A stretch of 62,888 nucleotides of DNA, filler included, from Octopus bimaculoides (lineage: Eukaryota): NCBI RefSeq assembly GCF_001194135.2. It is 7 parts of 7 records of this genome, joined end to end, with 100 filler letters (N's around TTAATTAATTAA, not from the genome) between each part and the next. Parts side by side here need not be neighbours in the genome. Positions count along the whole stretch, not along the records: positions 1 to 13,871 come from NC_068983.1; 6 more parts are not named here. One strand, given 5' to 3'. The notes under the pieces were generated by a model. That model searched no databases. It was not told the origin of the DNA and worked only from the letters and a program-made list of their open reading frames with translations. The position numbers were made by a program, and so were the translations under genes. Shown one piece after another: positions 1 through 12,239 of the stretch. How positions within the stretch are numbered: position 1 is the stretch's first letter; every line of letters starts with the position of its first letter.

Positions 1-649
1 TATATATAAAGAGAGAGAGAGAGGGGGGACCAGTCAAGCAGCACATCACGCTGTAATTCTTGGGCTGAGAAATCAACACTTAAAAGCCATAATTTTAAGG
101 AGCGATAAGAATTTTTGAATAAAGGAAAATGGGTAGGGGTGGGTAGGTACCGCCAGCGAGTAGATAGGGCTCTTAATTGTAGATTTTAAATATTTGAGAG
201 ACAACAATGCATAAATCGTAATTTTTAAAAGAGCAATGAATTTAGGAAGCTTAGAAAATGAATAAGTATGAATTTAAGACAACAACTGAATTCAATTGAA
301 TTCCATAAATCAACTATCAAAAATTATTATACGATGACATCACATTTTCCATATGTGTGTGTACCTTAAAAGACATCAATCATCATGGCATACACCTTCA
401 CTACTCTATCTCTCTCACATACACACACACGCACACACACGTTCATAAATTATATAGACATACATACATCTTTCCCTTTCTTTCTCTGTTCTTTTCACTT
501 TCTCTTCTTTCAATTTCTCCTTTATTCAAATAAAATTTTTATGGATACAATTGCTTACAAAAATAGGGATTAATGTATAATTTCTTTCTATGTTCATAAT
601 TTTTTGTTTACAATATTGGGAAAAATATGCCACCAAAGAAAAGATGTAA

Positions 650-1850
650 TCTCTCCAGAAACAAGTATAAAGCAAGGAGGATTGTAGAAAACCGAAGGCA
701 AGAGTCTGAAGAGAGAAGCTAGATGAGATTTTCTCAACATCAGCAAATGCATGTTGCAGCACTTAATGATGGATCATAAATCAATGTTTTAATGATTAGA
801 CAGAAGTCCAATAGAATTGAATTAAATTTTCCCTTGCATCAAGTAAAACAGAACGTATCAGAAGATTTCTCAATTGAAAAAGGCAAAGTCTATGACACTA
901 TCTGTAGTATTTTTAAAACTAAAGACGCAGCTAAAATAGAAGCAGAAATTGTCAGACATATCTCTGATTCTACATTTGTACCTTAGGAGATGGGTCAAAG
1001 AAATACAGGAATCACAATAAGAAACACTGGACATGATGTAGATTCATGATTAGTTGTCACTTTTGTATTGCAGTATGAGGGGGCAGTCAAAGTAGAGTTA
1101 ATGAAAGGTGACCGGTGGCCAGGGGTAATCACAATGGACTTCCAAGTCGTAATGACCTTTCAAAGCTCACAGAGTCATACCAGAAAGCACCGATACAAAG
1201 GACATGAGATCAATGATACAGGGTAGGAAGGTTAGTTGTTATATTTACCAAAGTAAAACACGTCTTTGAATGTCTGGAAGAACCGGAGAGATGAAGAAAA
1301 TAAAAACAAAAACAAGGAAAATGAAAATAATAAGGAACAATGAATTCCAGTTTTCAAATCATCACCATTGTCAAGTCTAGAGACAGTAGAGGAAATATCT
1401 TTGGGACTAGTATCACAAATAGATGAATAAATATCTTGTCCCCTAACAATACTAACCAGTAGTACCATACCCTCATCGTGCAATGAGGAAGAAATAATAA
1501 TTACCAACAAAATTCCAGAACATTCAGTGAAAATAGGAAGGAAAAAGGAGAAGAAAAATCAGAGAAAAACAGATTCAACATACAAAAATGAAAATAGGTG
1601 AGGAAGAAGAATTTCATCCAAACAACAATGAAGTCGTCTTTTAAGAATATAAGGAAGAAAAGGAAGAGAACAAAGACAAAATAAGACTTACTGTTCTTTA
1701 AAAATCAAGCAAACAGTTAAAGAGAAAATTACGCATGTCTGGTGACACACATTTTCCGAAGAAATTAGAATGACGCAAAAATAATTATGTTCAGAGTATA
1801 CAAAACTTGAAAAGATAGATTACAAGTAAAGTTCAAATTAAGACAATATA
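650..1850 (+). mobile_element. Decayed gag-like LINE ORF1 with zinc knuckle
   Basis: MGQRNTGITIRNTGHDVDS(W)LVV...GDRWPGVITMDF...QGRKVSCYIYQSK.HVFEC (stops, frameshift). It aligns by eye with the ORF at 59255. Confidence 0.55.
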
Positions 1851-1929
1851 TTCTTCTCTACTCTAGGCACAAGGCCCGAATTTTTTTTGGTGGGGACCAC
1901 TTGATTAGATCGACCCCTGTATACACCTA

Positions 1930-2400
1930 GATCGATTTACATGGCATAAGATGTGCCATGATGCATCAAAACAATTTGAGTTGAAAAAATAGAGCAATAA
2001 AACAATTATATCCTGCAATCAACAGACATTTTCCCAATGCCAGGCAACATCAAAATCGTCAGTGTCCTCATTGTGAATCCATAGCAAAATCCATACCTGG
2101 ACTCAAGTTGATGCCATAGAAACGGAAAAAAAAACTGAGAAATACCAGGATCTAGGCTGAGAGCTGAGGAAACTGTGGAAGATTAAGATTGGTGCACTTG
2201 GCACAACACCCAAAATGCTATCAAAAAGACTGAAAGAAATTGGAATTGAAACTTGTCAAACTGCAGAAAAGTTCCATTCTATATCCTGCCAGAATCCTAA
2301 GAAAGAATCTTGAGATTTGAGGAGATTTGTTGTCACCAAACATTAAGATGAAATATCTGCTGACTCATGAGCATGACTAACGAAATAACAACAACAATAA
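1930..2400 (+). mobile_element. R4/Dong-type LINE 3' fragment (restriction-like endonuclease)
   Basis: EKYQDL..ELRKLWKIKIGALGTTPKMLSKRLKEIGIE...ARILRKNLEI; same family as 46740-46960. Confidence 0.7.
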
Positions 2401-2924
2401 CATCTGTCACTCAATGACATATTCTCCCTGGTGTTACATTTCTTTCTAAATATAGACAAATCCAAGACAATGTCATTTAAAACAGCAGGTTAGCTGTTAG
2501 TGTTAGTATTTCCTTAATATAGAAACAGATTTTTTGAAGCAGATCTAAAATAATAACTTGTGAGAGAAATGAAAACAAGTTGTTGAGCACAGAAAGTACA
2601 CAGTGAACATGACTAACAGCAGAGGAATGGTAAGCAGGTTGTGAAATGGTATTTGTAATAATAAAGAACAACAAAGCAAACCATTCAATAGAGGAGTGGG
2701 GAAATTCCTTTTGGAAAACAATGGAGAATGTGAAAGAAGAAAATAACTGTTTCATTGTCTATCCAACTAAACAAATATAATTGACAGTTCTTAATTAGGA
2801 ACTGGCAGAATTAACAGACATTAAAATGGTTTTGTTTGAAGACAAAACAATTCTCAGAATGTTGAAATATTTCTGTAAACATCGAACTGTTAATGATTTA
2901 CAATTGAACATTCAAGAGGACATG

Positions 2925-2957
<33 letters not shown>

Positions 2958-2974
2958 TGGTCACTCTTTACAAC

Positions 2975-3610
2975 ACCTGTCTGTGTTCGGATTGTCCTTG
3001 CACAGGGGCCATCCAGACCCCCGTCTTCGTCGTGAGTGGGGATTAATCTTCTCTCTTTGCTCTTTTGCACCACATGGGTTTCAACTCTCCTCCCCTCTTC
3101 ATCTAACCCTCCTCTTCTCTCCTCTCACACCTACTTCCTCTCTTCACTCCTGCCCACCATCTCCCTTCTACCCTCTCCCTCGTTACCCCACCCTACACAT
3201 TACAACCCCACCATCCCTATACAACCCACCCCACACACTATCACTGACCACTTCCCAGCATCTACACCATCATCCACACACACATGTCAAGGTCACCAGC
3301 CCACTTCCACACGCTCTCACATACACCTTCGTTTTGGGATCACCACTACTTTATTATCTCCCCTTCTTTCTAGCTCTCCTGTGTGACCCCTCTGTCCGGC
3401 ATTCACCATGATAGATCACTAGCCACTAAACCTCTTCCTATTCTCTCTCCCTGTTTATTTCTGTGTTCCTTTCTGTCGAAGAGCATAGGCTCGAAACATA
3501 AAAGACTTTCTCATTTCCCAAGTGTTAAACTAATACATCTGTTTGTTGTTTACACACCCATCTTCGTCATTTGTTTTTTTTGTAAATTCTCACTATATAT
3601 GTATATATGA
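2975..3610 (+). mobile_element. Penelope-like element 3' fragment (GIY-YIG C-terminus plus terminal repeat)
   Basis: LSVFGLSLHRGHPDPRLRREWGLIFSLCSFAPHGF resembles the Penelope endonuclease C-terminal R...E..LIF.L.t..P.GLN motif. It is followed by a C-rich UTR and a hammerhead. Confidence 0.65.
3469..3504 (+). ncRNA. Degenerate minimal hammerhead
   Basis: CUUU-CUGUCGA-A-GAGC-AUAG-GCUC-GAAACAUA-AAAG. Core has an A6U change and stem III has a C-A mismatch. Confidence 0.55.
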
Positions 3611-4748
3611 ATATATGTATGTATGATCTTTATTTGAGTTTAATTTAAGTTCTTCTTGAGAGAGTTGAAGCAGGTCGCTAATAAAGCGACAAGACTTTTT
3701 GAGTTAAGAGATTTCCCGGTGTTTGTAAATATGTGCTTGAGTTGGTGTGTTGCTTAAATTGTTGATCCATACACCCAAGTGTCTGCATCTCTTTTACTTG
3801 TTTCAGTCATTTGACTGTGGCCATGCTGGAGCACCGCCTTTAGTCAAGCAAATTGACTCCAGGACTTATTCTTTGTAAGCCTAGTACTTATTCTATCGGT
3901 CTCTTTTGCCGATCCGCTAAGCTACGGGGACGTAAACACACCAGCATTGATTGTCAAGCGATGTTGGGGGCACAAACAGACACACAAACACAGACACACA
4001 CACATATAGATATATCATCATCATCATCATCATCATTTAACGTCCACTTTCCATGCTAGCATGGGTTGGACGATTTGACTGAGGACTAGTGAAATCGGAT
4101 GGCAACACCAGGCTCCAATCTAATTTGGCAGAGTTTCTACAGCTGGATGCCCTTCCTANNNNNNNNNNNNNNNNNNNNNNNNNNNNNNNNNNNNNNNNNN
4201 NNNNNNNNNNNNNNNNNNNNNNNNNNNNNNNNNNNNNNNNNNNNNNNNNNNNNNNACATACATTTATACGACGGGCTTCTTTCAGTTTCCGTCTACCAAA
4301 TCCACTGACAAGGCTTTGGTCAGCCCGAGGCTATAGTAGAAGACACTTGCACAAAGTGCCACGCAGTGGGACTGAACCCGGAACCATGTGGTTGGTAAGC
4401 AAGCTACTTACCATACAGCCACTCCTGTGCCTATTCGCATAAGATTCTCAGATGGAGAATCTTTGGGATATCTTACAGATCTTCACTGTGCCACTAATAG
4501 ATTGGATTTGGAGAATCCGCGTCAGTTTCTTTTGCTCTTTTTCGGTGAAACCGAGTGTTCTAGGTTTTTATGCAAATTTGTTGATACCTAACCAAGTGTA
4601 CCTATGATGATAGGTACAAATGAGAATCCATAGTCGGGGTACAAGAGATGTAAGTACCACATTAATTCGCAATAAATGTTCTATTTTCTCTGAACTTTTG
4701 AATGTACATTCATGTCTGTTGGGCAGTATGTATGTATGTATGTATACA

Positions 4749-4799
<51 letters not shown>

Positions 4800-4864
4800 A
4801 TGTGCATGCATGTATGTATGTATGTATGTTCTCTTTCTCTTTTTAATTTAGAGTAAAATTTCGA

Positions 4865-5060
4865 TCGGTCACCTTCTTGGTAGCAAGATTGTGAAGGAAA
4901 TTATCTTCTTTTAACCATCATCCTGTAAATTCCAATATCTTGAGGAATGAATGAGATATTTGTGTTCTCTCCCCAAGATCCCAAGTTCAGCCATAGTTTG
5001 CTCCAGACTGGTTGGTACATATCCTGTTGCTCCAATGGTAATAGGTAAGAAGCTGAAAGT
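4865..5060 (-). mobile_element. RLE-type LINE 3' fragment
   Basis: LPITIGATGYVPTSLEQTMAELG. Confidence 0.45.
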
Positions 5061-5224
5061 ATATGTATGTATGTATGTTCTCTTCCTGACTGGGCCAGCC
5101 ACTCCATAACAAAGTTGTAAAAATGACGTCATTCTCTGAGTTATTCTTCATGTAACCATTCGTTGCTTTAAATTTTAGAAGACCCTTGCAGTTATTCCTG
5201 ACCCCAGATATGATAATCATCCAA

Positions 5225-5473
5225 AGCCTTTTTATAAAAATTTCTTTATTTCCCACAGGGCACTAAATATAGAGGGGACAAACAAGGACAGACAAAGGGT
5301 TTAAGTTGATTACATCGACCTCAGTGTGTAACTGGTACTTATTTGATTGACCCCCGAAAGGATGAAAGGCAAAGTCGACCTTAGTGGAATTTGAACTCAG
5401 AACGTAGCGGTGGGTGACATACTGCTAAGCATTTTGCCCAGTGTGCTAACAACTCTGCCAGCTCACTGCCCTG
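5225..5473 (-). mobile_element. tRNA-derived SINE family B
   Basis: gagctggcaga..gttagcac...gttctgagttcaaattcc...gtcgactttgcctttcatcc. Other copies at ~6350-6660, 15165-15365, 23650-24045, 34115-34335, 56025-56170, 60290-60505. Confidence 0.9.
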
Positions 5474-6267
5474 GCCTATTACAGCACTGTGTTCTTTCTT
5501 GAAGAATCCAAGTTCCGTATTGTACCTCGATTGTTGTGAGGTACTTAACTCTGTCTAAAAGCATGGAAACAAATCACTGCTGTAAACAGAAGCAATACTG
5601 TGACACTGTGGGAGCAGAAAATTCATCAATTTTACAAGTGTTTGACCAGTTACATTGCAGAGGGACGGTCCTTGCCAAGCTGATTAGTACCAGATAGTTT
5701 TCTGGATGACTCAGTTTTTTTACAGTACCACCTACAAAACAATGGTTTATTGAATATACCAAAACAACAAAACAATGGTTTATTGAATATACCAAGCTAA
5801 AATTTAAACTATGACGCAGTGATATTTTACTAAGTTGATATTGTACAAGAAGAAGAACTGAAGTAACATTGTTAAGCATTAGTAGTTGTGAAGAGTTGAA
5901 GTGGTCCTGGTGTGTATCAAATCAGATATTTAACTTTCAAAGGCTTGGTTCGTATCATTATGGTAGACACAACTGAGAAGGACAGTTGCACTGAACTGAC
6001 TTATTTTCCACACAAAAGAATTATTGAGTAAGGTTCAGTTATCAAAAAGATTAGAGAAATGCTCAGGACCCTCTGCAATATAACTGGTCAAACACTTGTA
6101 AAATTGATGAATTTTCTGCTCCCACAGTGTTACAGTATTGCTTCTGTTTACTGTAGCGATTTGTTTCCATTCTTTTAGACGAGTAAACAGAGTTAAGTAC
6201 CTCACAACAATCGAAGTACAATACTGAACTTGGATTCTTCAAGAAACAACACAGTGCTGTAATAGGC
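5474..6267. mobile_element. Fold-back element with ~195-bp inverted arms
   Basis: 5474-5665 is the reverse complement of 6065-6267. The spacer holds a duplicated acaaaacaatggtttattgaatatacca. Confidence 0.75.
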
Positions 6268-6984
6268 TTCAGATGATGTCTTGCAATAAGGAACCAATTT
6301 AACCCCCCCCCCCCCAAAAAAAAACCGATGTTAGTGAGTCTTCTGCCAAGGAAGACTTTGCCTTTCATCCTTTTGGATTGATAAAATAAGTACCAGTTGA
6401 ATACTGCGGTTGGTGGAATCAACTTACCCCTACCCCCATAATTGCTGGCCTTGTGCCAAAATTTGAAAGCAATATTAAGGGTGGTGGGCTGGTAGAAGTA
6501 GGAGACATGTAGTATTTAGTTACATATCATTACTTATTGAGTTCAAATCCTGCTGAGAGAGTTGTATCTTTTTTATCAATCCTGGGTTGATAAAATAAAG
6601 TTTCAGTCAAGTACGAGACTAACATAATTGTTTCTTCTACACCTATCTTAATCTTCACCTCCTCTCCATCAATCTGGTTGTTAAAATCATTACATACATA
6701 TTTAATCAAATATACTTGAAACACGAGTGAGACAGTAGAGAACAATGGACACAAGTCTACCTACTTCTGTTATCTTTTGTCTTTTGTGTGCAGTTTTACA
6801 TCTTATGAAGTTGAATGTTCAACTGACAGTTGTTTCCTAAACGAAGGCAGATATAAATGAAAAAACAATAAATAAGCATTTTAGTTTAAGCCTCGTCAAG
6901 GAGTGGTGACAGGCAAACCCTGTGCAATGATGAATACAATTTCTCTTTAGGTATTAGGTTACATCCCTTCACATTCCGACTTGG

Positions 6985-8345
6985 TGGCTCTTGAAATCAA
7001 TCTTTACGCCCACCAGAGAGCAATACATGCTACATCAGGTACAGTTTAGTCAGGTATGGAAGAAAGATCTAGAATTGAAGGGCCTTAGAGTTAACCAAGC
7101 AAAAACCAAAATCTTAGTAAGCAGGAAGGCAGACAAATCAGAAATCCCTTCAGGTAGATTGCCCTGCTTAATCTGTAGGAAAGGTGGAGGTAGAAATTCC
7201 ATAAGATGCACCTGGTGTAAGCTTTGGACACATAAAAGGTGCAGTAAATATCAGAGGAAGGTTAATAGGGAAAATCACTTTTGTGTGTGGAAGATGTACA
7301 AGTACAATAAACACCGAAAATGCACAGAAAATAGACTCCAGGGGGGTAAGATAGAGGTAGTAGATAGCTTCTGTTATCTAGGTGACCGAGTTAGTAGTGG
7401 AGGTGGATGCACCGAAAGTGTAGCCATGAGAATAAGATTAGGCTGGGCAAAGTTCAGAAAGCTCTTACTTCTGCTTGTAACAAAGGGCCTCTTTCCCAGA
7501 GTGAAAGGCAGATTGTATGATGCCTGTGTGCAAATAGCTGTGCTACGTGGCAGTGAAACATGGGCTGTGACAGCCGAGGACATGCCTAGGCTTGAAAGAA
7601 ATGAAGCTAGTATGCTTTGCTGGATGTGCAATGTCAGTGTGCATTTTCAACAGAGTGTAAGCATCTTGAAAGTAAAGTTAGGCATAAGAGGAATCAGATG
7701 TACTGTGTAAGAGAGAAGACTGTGCTGGTATGGTCATGTGATGCATATGGATGAGGACAGTTGTGTAAAGAAGTGTCAATCTCTAACTGTGGAGAGAACC
7801 TGTGGTAGAGGTAGACTCAGGAAGACATGAAATGAGGTAGTGAAGTATGATATTCGAACTTTAGGCCTCACAAAAGCAATGACTAGCGACTGAGACTTTT
7901 GAGATGTGCTTTGCTTGAGAGGACCCATCAAGTGAAGTTGTAGTTGTGGATGATGCTGATGTCACATTACTGGCACTCGTGCCGGTGGCATGTAAAAAGC
8001 ACCTTTTGAGCATTAGGCCTCATGGAGGCAAAGTTGCTGAGCTCCTTTCAAGTGTTTAGGCTCAGAGGCAATAACCAAGACCTTTGGGATTATGTTATGT
8101 TTGAGAAGAAGACTCAAAAAGCCAAGCAAAAACGCAATTGTGGCAGATACCAGCGTCATGGAAATGACACTTGTGCTGGGTGTATGTAAAAGTACCCATT
8201 ACACTCTCAGATTGGTTGGTGTTAGGAAGGGCATCCAGCCATAGAAACCATGTCAAATCAGACTGGAGTCTGGAGCAGCCTTCCAGCTTGTCAGCCCCAT
8301 TCAAACCATCCAATCTATGCCAGCATGGACAATGGACATTTAATA
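6985..8345 (+). mobile_element. RTE-clade LINE, 5'-truncated
   Basis: GLRVNQAKTKILV, Cys-rich insert PCLICRKG..NSIRCTWCKLWTHKRCS, VVDSFCYLGD, VKGRLYDACV...GSETWA, R..WYGHV; family 3' UTR ending ccagcatggacaatggacattaa. Confidence 0.9.
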
Positions 8346-8359
8346 CTAATAATAATGAC

Positions 8360-8870
8360 GTGAATTTTTTTGTCTCTCTATCTAGCGTTCAAAATAATAA
8401 TCTTTCTATCGTCATGGCTCGACAGCCCTCACCGTTTGTTTTTACTGTCCTGTTCTCACTGTCCAGTTCTTTTTACACTTTTACCCTCCGCAAAAAATTC
8501 CAAATTTTATTTAATTTGCTTTGCGGGAAGGACTGTTCCAACGAAGTCGCATATTGTCCTTGCCTTCGAAATGCGGAGTAGATGGAACAGGGACAACTGA
8601 AGAAGGGAAATATTCTTTTTGTTGCATGTCTCGTTTCTCTGTTTGTTTTTTTTGTTGTTTGAAAAAAAGTTCGTTTTTTTGTCTTCGTCTTTATGTTTTC
8701 GTTTCTCATTGTGTTTAACGTTTTTTGTGATGTTCTGTACCCATATATGCATATATGTATACATATAGATGTAGGTATGTACTTGTATGTATGGATATAT
8801 GCATATATTTATATATTATTTATGTTATTATATGATCGAATGCCATGCACTGTCTCCAAGTAAATTTTAT
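8360..8870 (+). mobile_element. Probable Penelope-type pseudo-LTR repeat carrying the permuted hammerhead
   Basis: Its terminal ~60 bp (ctgtacccatatatgcata...gatgtaggtatgtac) recurs in reverse at 58290-58345 and 62235-62290, so this is a dispersed family. The Penelope assignment is inferred from the hammerhead and a weak IIF.....PH motif. Confidence 0.4.
8533..8608 (+). ncRNA. Putative non-circularly permuted hammerhead ribozyme
   Basis: CGCAU-A-UUGUCC (8548-8559), C-GAA-AUGCG (8567-8575) and GGACAA-CUGAAGA (8591-8603) give a perfect 5-bp stem III, a 6-bp stem I, an AUA triplet and both core motifs. Extra helix CUGUUCCA/UGGAACAG (8533-8540/8583-8590). Stem II is weak. Confidence 0.6.
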
Positions 8871-8924
8871 ATATATATATATATTCNNNNNNNNNNNNNN
8901 NNNNNNNNNNNNNNNNNNNNNNNN

Positions 8925-8975
<51 letters not shown>

Positions 8976-9043
8976 TCGAGCGAGGTCGTTGCCAGTGCCG
9001 CTGGACTGGCTCCTGTGCAGGTGGCACGTAAAAAACACCATTT

Positions 9044-9077
<34 letters not shown>

Positions 9078-9427
9078 CAAACTTCTTTCAGTTTCCGTCT
9101 ACCAAATCCACTCACAAGGCTTTGTTTGGCCTGAGGTTATAGCAGAAGACATTTGTCCAAGGTGCCACACATCTGAATCTGGAACCAAGTGGTTGGGAAG
9201 CAAGCTTCTTACCACACAGCCACAAAATTGTACAATGGTTTTGGTAGACAAAGAGAATTAAATGTTTTGAGAATTTGTGATGTGCTGTGAAGTGTATGCG
9301 TTACTGACGAAGTAAGATAGGCGATCAGACCTATATTGCCCACGATTGGAAGGTCATTCCATCATTGGGCTGCCCATTCATAGCTGAGTGGACTGAAGCC
9401 ACAAGTGTCCTCACCTCCTTTGTCGGT

Positions 9428-9473
9428 ACCACAATATTTCGGCTGATGTATTTTCCAGCCTTCATCAGGTGTT
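9428..9473 (-). ncRNA. Minimal type I hammerhead (loopless palindromic stem III)
   Basis: AACAC-CUGAUGA-A-GGCUG..CAGCC-GAAAUAUU-GUGGU. AUU triplet; stem I 4 of 5 pairs. Confidence 0.7.
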
Positions 9474-10014
9474 CTGATGGAATTTCAAACCCAACCCTTT
9501 ATTTGATTAATGGGGTACTCTGTTCTCATTCCTAAGGTATTTTTTTTTTGCTGCTGCTGCTATTATTATTATTATTTATTCAAGTCACTGACTGGGATTG
9601 AACCTGGAATCTTGGGTTTAGTAGCCTGTGCTCTTAACCACTATACTATATGCCTTTGGGCAATTATAGAGTGAATTTTAGGGTTTATAAGTCAATTATT
9701 TTTGTATCCTTCCTTAATACCGTTTCTCATATGCTACTTATATCTGCATTAGGTCTGTTTAAGAGGTTATTGTGTCCTAGCGTGTGTGCTGCTTCTTTTA
9801 GTCTTCGTATTTTCACTCTATAATTGCCCACAGACATATAGCGTAGAGGTTAAGAGCACGGGCTACTAACCATGAGATTCTGGGTTCAATCCCAGTCAGT
9901 GACTTGAATAAATAATAATAATAATAACATCAGAAAAAAAAAATAACAAAACTTAGGAATGAGAACAGAGTGACTCACTAGTCAAATAAAAGGTTGGGTT
10001 CGAAATTCCACCAG

Positions 10015-10060
10015 AACACCTGATGAAGGTTGAAGATAACATCAGTTGAAACGTAATAAC
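10015..10060 (+). ncRNA. Degenerate minimal hammerhead (inverted partner of 9428-9473)
   Basis: AACAC-CUGAUGA-A-GGUUG..CAGUU-GAAACGUA. The stem I partner strand is lost. Confidence 0.55.
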
Positions 10061-10939
10061 AACAAACAAGGTGAGAACACCTATCCGTCCACTGTAAATA
10101 ATGTACATAATTCCTCATCTCAGAAATATAGAACAGTATGAAATTAAGTGATCTACTCAAGAACACAATGTGCTGCTTGGTCTGAGAATCGGCTCATGAT
10201 CTAAACAGTGTGAGTATGTCACCCAAACCACTAGGCTACATGCCTTCACATTAAATATGTTAATTCTAAATCAACCGTTGCCTTCCACGTGGAGAGTATT
10301 TCCATGTTATTTAGTCTAATAGCCCAAAGTGTCATTGGCTTCCATTTTTGCCAATTTCCATTCTGTCACACCCACCAGACAGAAACTTTTGCCTTGTTGC
10401 CCTTTTCCTTGGTAGACATTTAAATATATATACATTTTTTCCTTTTCTTTATTTTTGTTTTATTTACAAGATTAAACAACAACTGTAAAAATACAAACAA
10501 CATCTCAGGGGCTAAACTGGAACATTATAACATGACATTATTCAATAATTGCCATAATTAATCCAAAATTATATGATAATAGAAGACTGGCTAGTGGGCA
10601 TAAGGTGAAGCTTATCTTTTAACCCACTATAGCTGTTATCATTCGTTTAACTGGTTTTCTAAGCCAAAACCAAAAAATAATGCTTTTAAATTGGGTGGCG
10701 TGATTAAATGTACAAACATTAAATGGAAAGGAGGAGACATGAAATGACAGTGCAGTAAATCCACTTAGGCTGGCATTATATTTTAAGCATCAATCTTATA
10801 TGTACACACACACTCAAGCACATGCACACACTCATGCTCAAGCACACGCGCATGCACACACACGCACACATGCATACATACATATATATATCTGTGCATA
10901 TATATATATTCATTTACCTGTTTTGATTTCCTCAGTCTG

Positions 10940-12060
10940 GGGATGGTTTACATCACCACTCCTGTATGTGCCATTGTTCCAGCTGTTGGCCCATTTGGTG
11001 TAGGGAGTTTGACTCTGCTGCCCTTGTCTCCCCCTCACGTCGGGCTGTTGGTTTATCTGGTATTGTGGATAGGAGGATGTCTAGTTCCTTTTTGAAGACA
11101 TCTACTACTGCCTTATGCAGATTTCTTAAGTTTTGTGGCAGGGCATTGAAGATCTGTGTGCTTTTAAACCCTAGACTATTGCAGTACCTGGTCCTGAATT
11201 TAGATGGAATGGATGGTACCTTTGGTACAATACAATGGCGGCCAGTTCTGGCATTTGTATAACAATCAATGCCGAAATTAGGTACTAGCCCTTCTAAGAT
11301 TTTCCATAGGTATATTATTGCATTGCAACAGACCTGTGTCCCATCCAGGTGGGGAACCTATATGCAAATGAAACCGGGAAACCAACCCTTATGAGCCAGG
11401 CATGGCTTGAGAAAGAACAAACTACAACAAATATTACTGTATATCTCTCGTGCCTTTGCTCCAGGGAGTAAAGTTGCAGTTTTCTCAGCCTATTCCTGTA
11501 GCTCATCCACTGCACTGTTTCAATCTTTTTAGTGTAGGGTGTTGGACTGCTTCAAGCTCTGCTGTTAGTTTAGCACTATATGGTGACCATAACTAAGAGC
11601 AGTAGTCCAGGGGGCCAAGAACAAAGGTTCTCCACAGGGTCAACATAATTTCTTAGTCTCTTGTCTTGAAGGACCTCAGTATCCATTCTGCCAGTTGTCT
11701 GCACTTTGCTGCCATCTTGCTTATGTGCATATAAAATTATGCGTCATTGCACATGCCGATCCCCAAGTCTTTCACTGCCTGTGACTCTGGGATTGTAGGG
11801 CCTTCGGGTCCTGTAAATGTACGTTGTACTGTATTTGTACTGATATTTGTATTGCAGGACTTGAAATTTTCCAGCATTAAACTGCATGTTGTTTATTTCG
11901 GCCCACTTGTACACTGAGTTTAAGTCCCGCTGTAAGCTTGCAATGTCATCTTGGTTTTTTACTGCCTGTGATAATTTTGTATCATTGGCATAGCTAGTGA
12001 CAGTAGCTGTCCGAGTGACCACAGGCATATCAGCTAAATCGGAAACCTAATGTGGATCCA
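10940..12060 (-). mobile_element. CR1/L2-type LINE RT C-terminal remnant
   Basis: VTSYANDTKLSQAVKNQDDIASLQRDLNSVYKWAEINNMQFNAGKFQVL; YRNRLRKLQLYSLEQRHERY. A short SINE-like insert lies at ~11335-11430. Confidence 0.85.
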
Positions 12061-12239
12061 TAGCTCCCATCTCAGCCATGATCTTGGAACTCTGATAATC
12101 GGTTTCAGCACTTACCCAGCATACCTATTTGTTTAGATTACCATCGAAGTAAACTCCCATATTCTGTGTGTATATATATATATATATATATCATCATCAT
12201 CATCATCATCGTTTAACGTCCNNNNNNNNNNCTTCTTTT

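Larger units (their letters stand above)
9399..10135. mobile_element. 5'-truncated Penelope insertion with inverted pseudo-LTRs, nested in a SINE
   Basis: Arms ~9400-9680 and ~9810-10110 are inverted copies. The spacer on the minus strand encodes IRRLKEAAHTLGHNNLLNRPNADISSI (GIY-YIG tail). The flanks rejoin into one SINE (gagtggactgaagc | atgaaattaagtgatctactcaagaacac). Confidence 0.75.

Noticed and set aside
620-720. MPPKKRCNLSRNKYKARR as a Helitron N-terminus
   Set aside because: No Rep/helicase motifs or Helitron ends nearby; downstream sequence fits a LINE ORF1 relic.
9838-9900. tRNA gene-like sequences here and at SINE heads
   Set aside because: A and B boxes are present but there is no complete cloverleaf or acceptor stem; these are retroelement heads.
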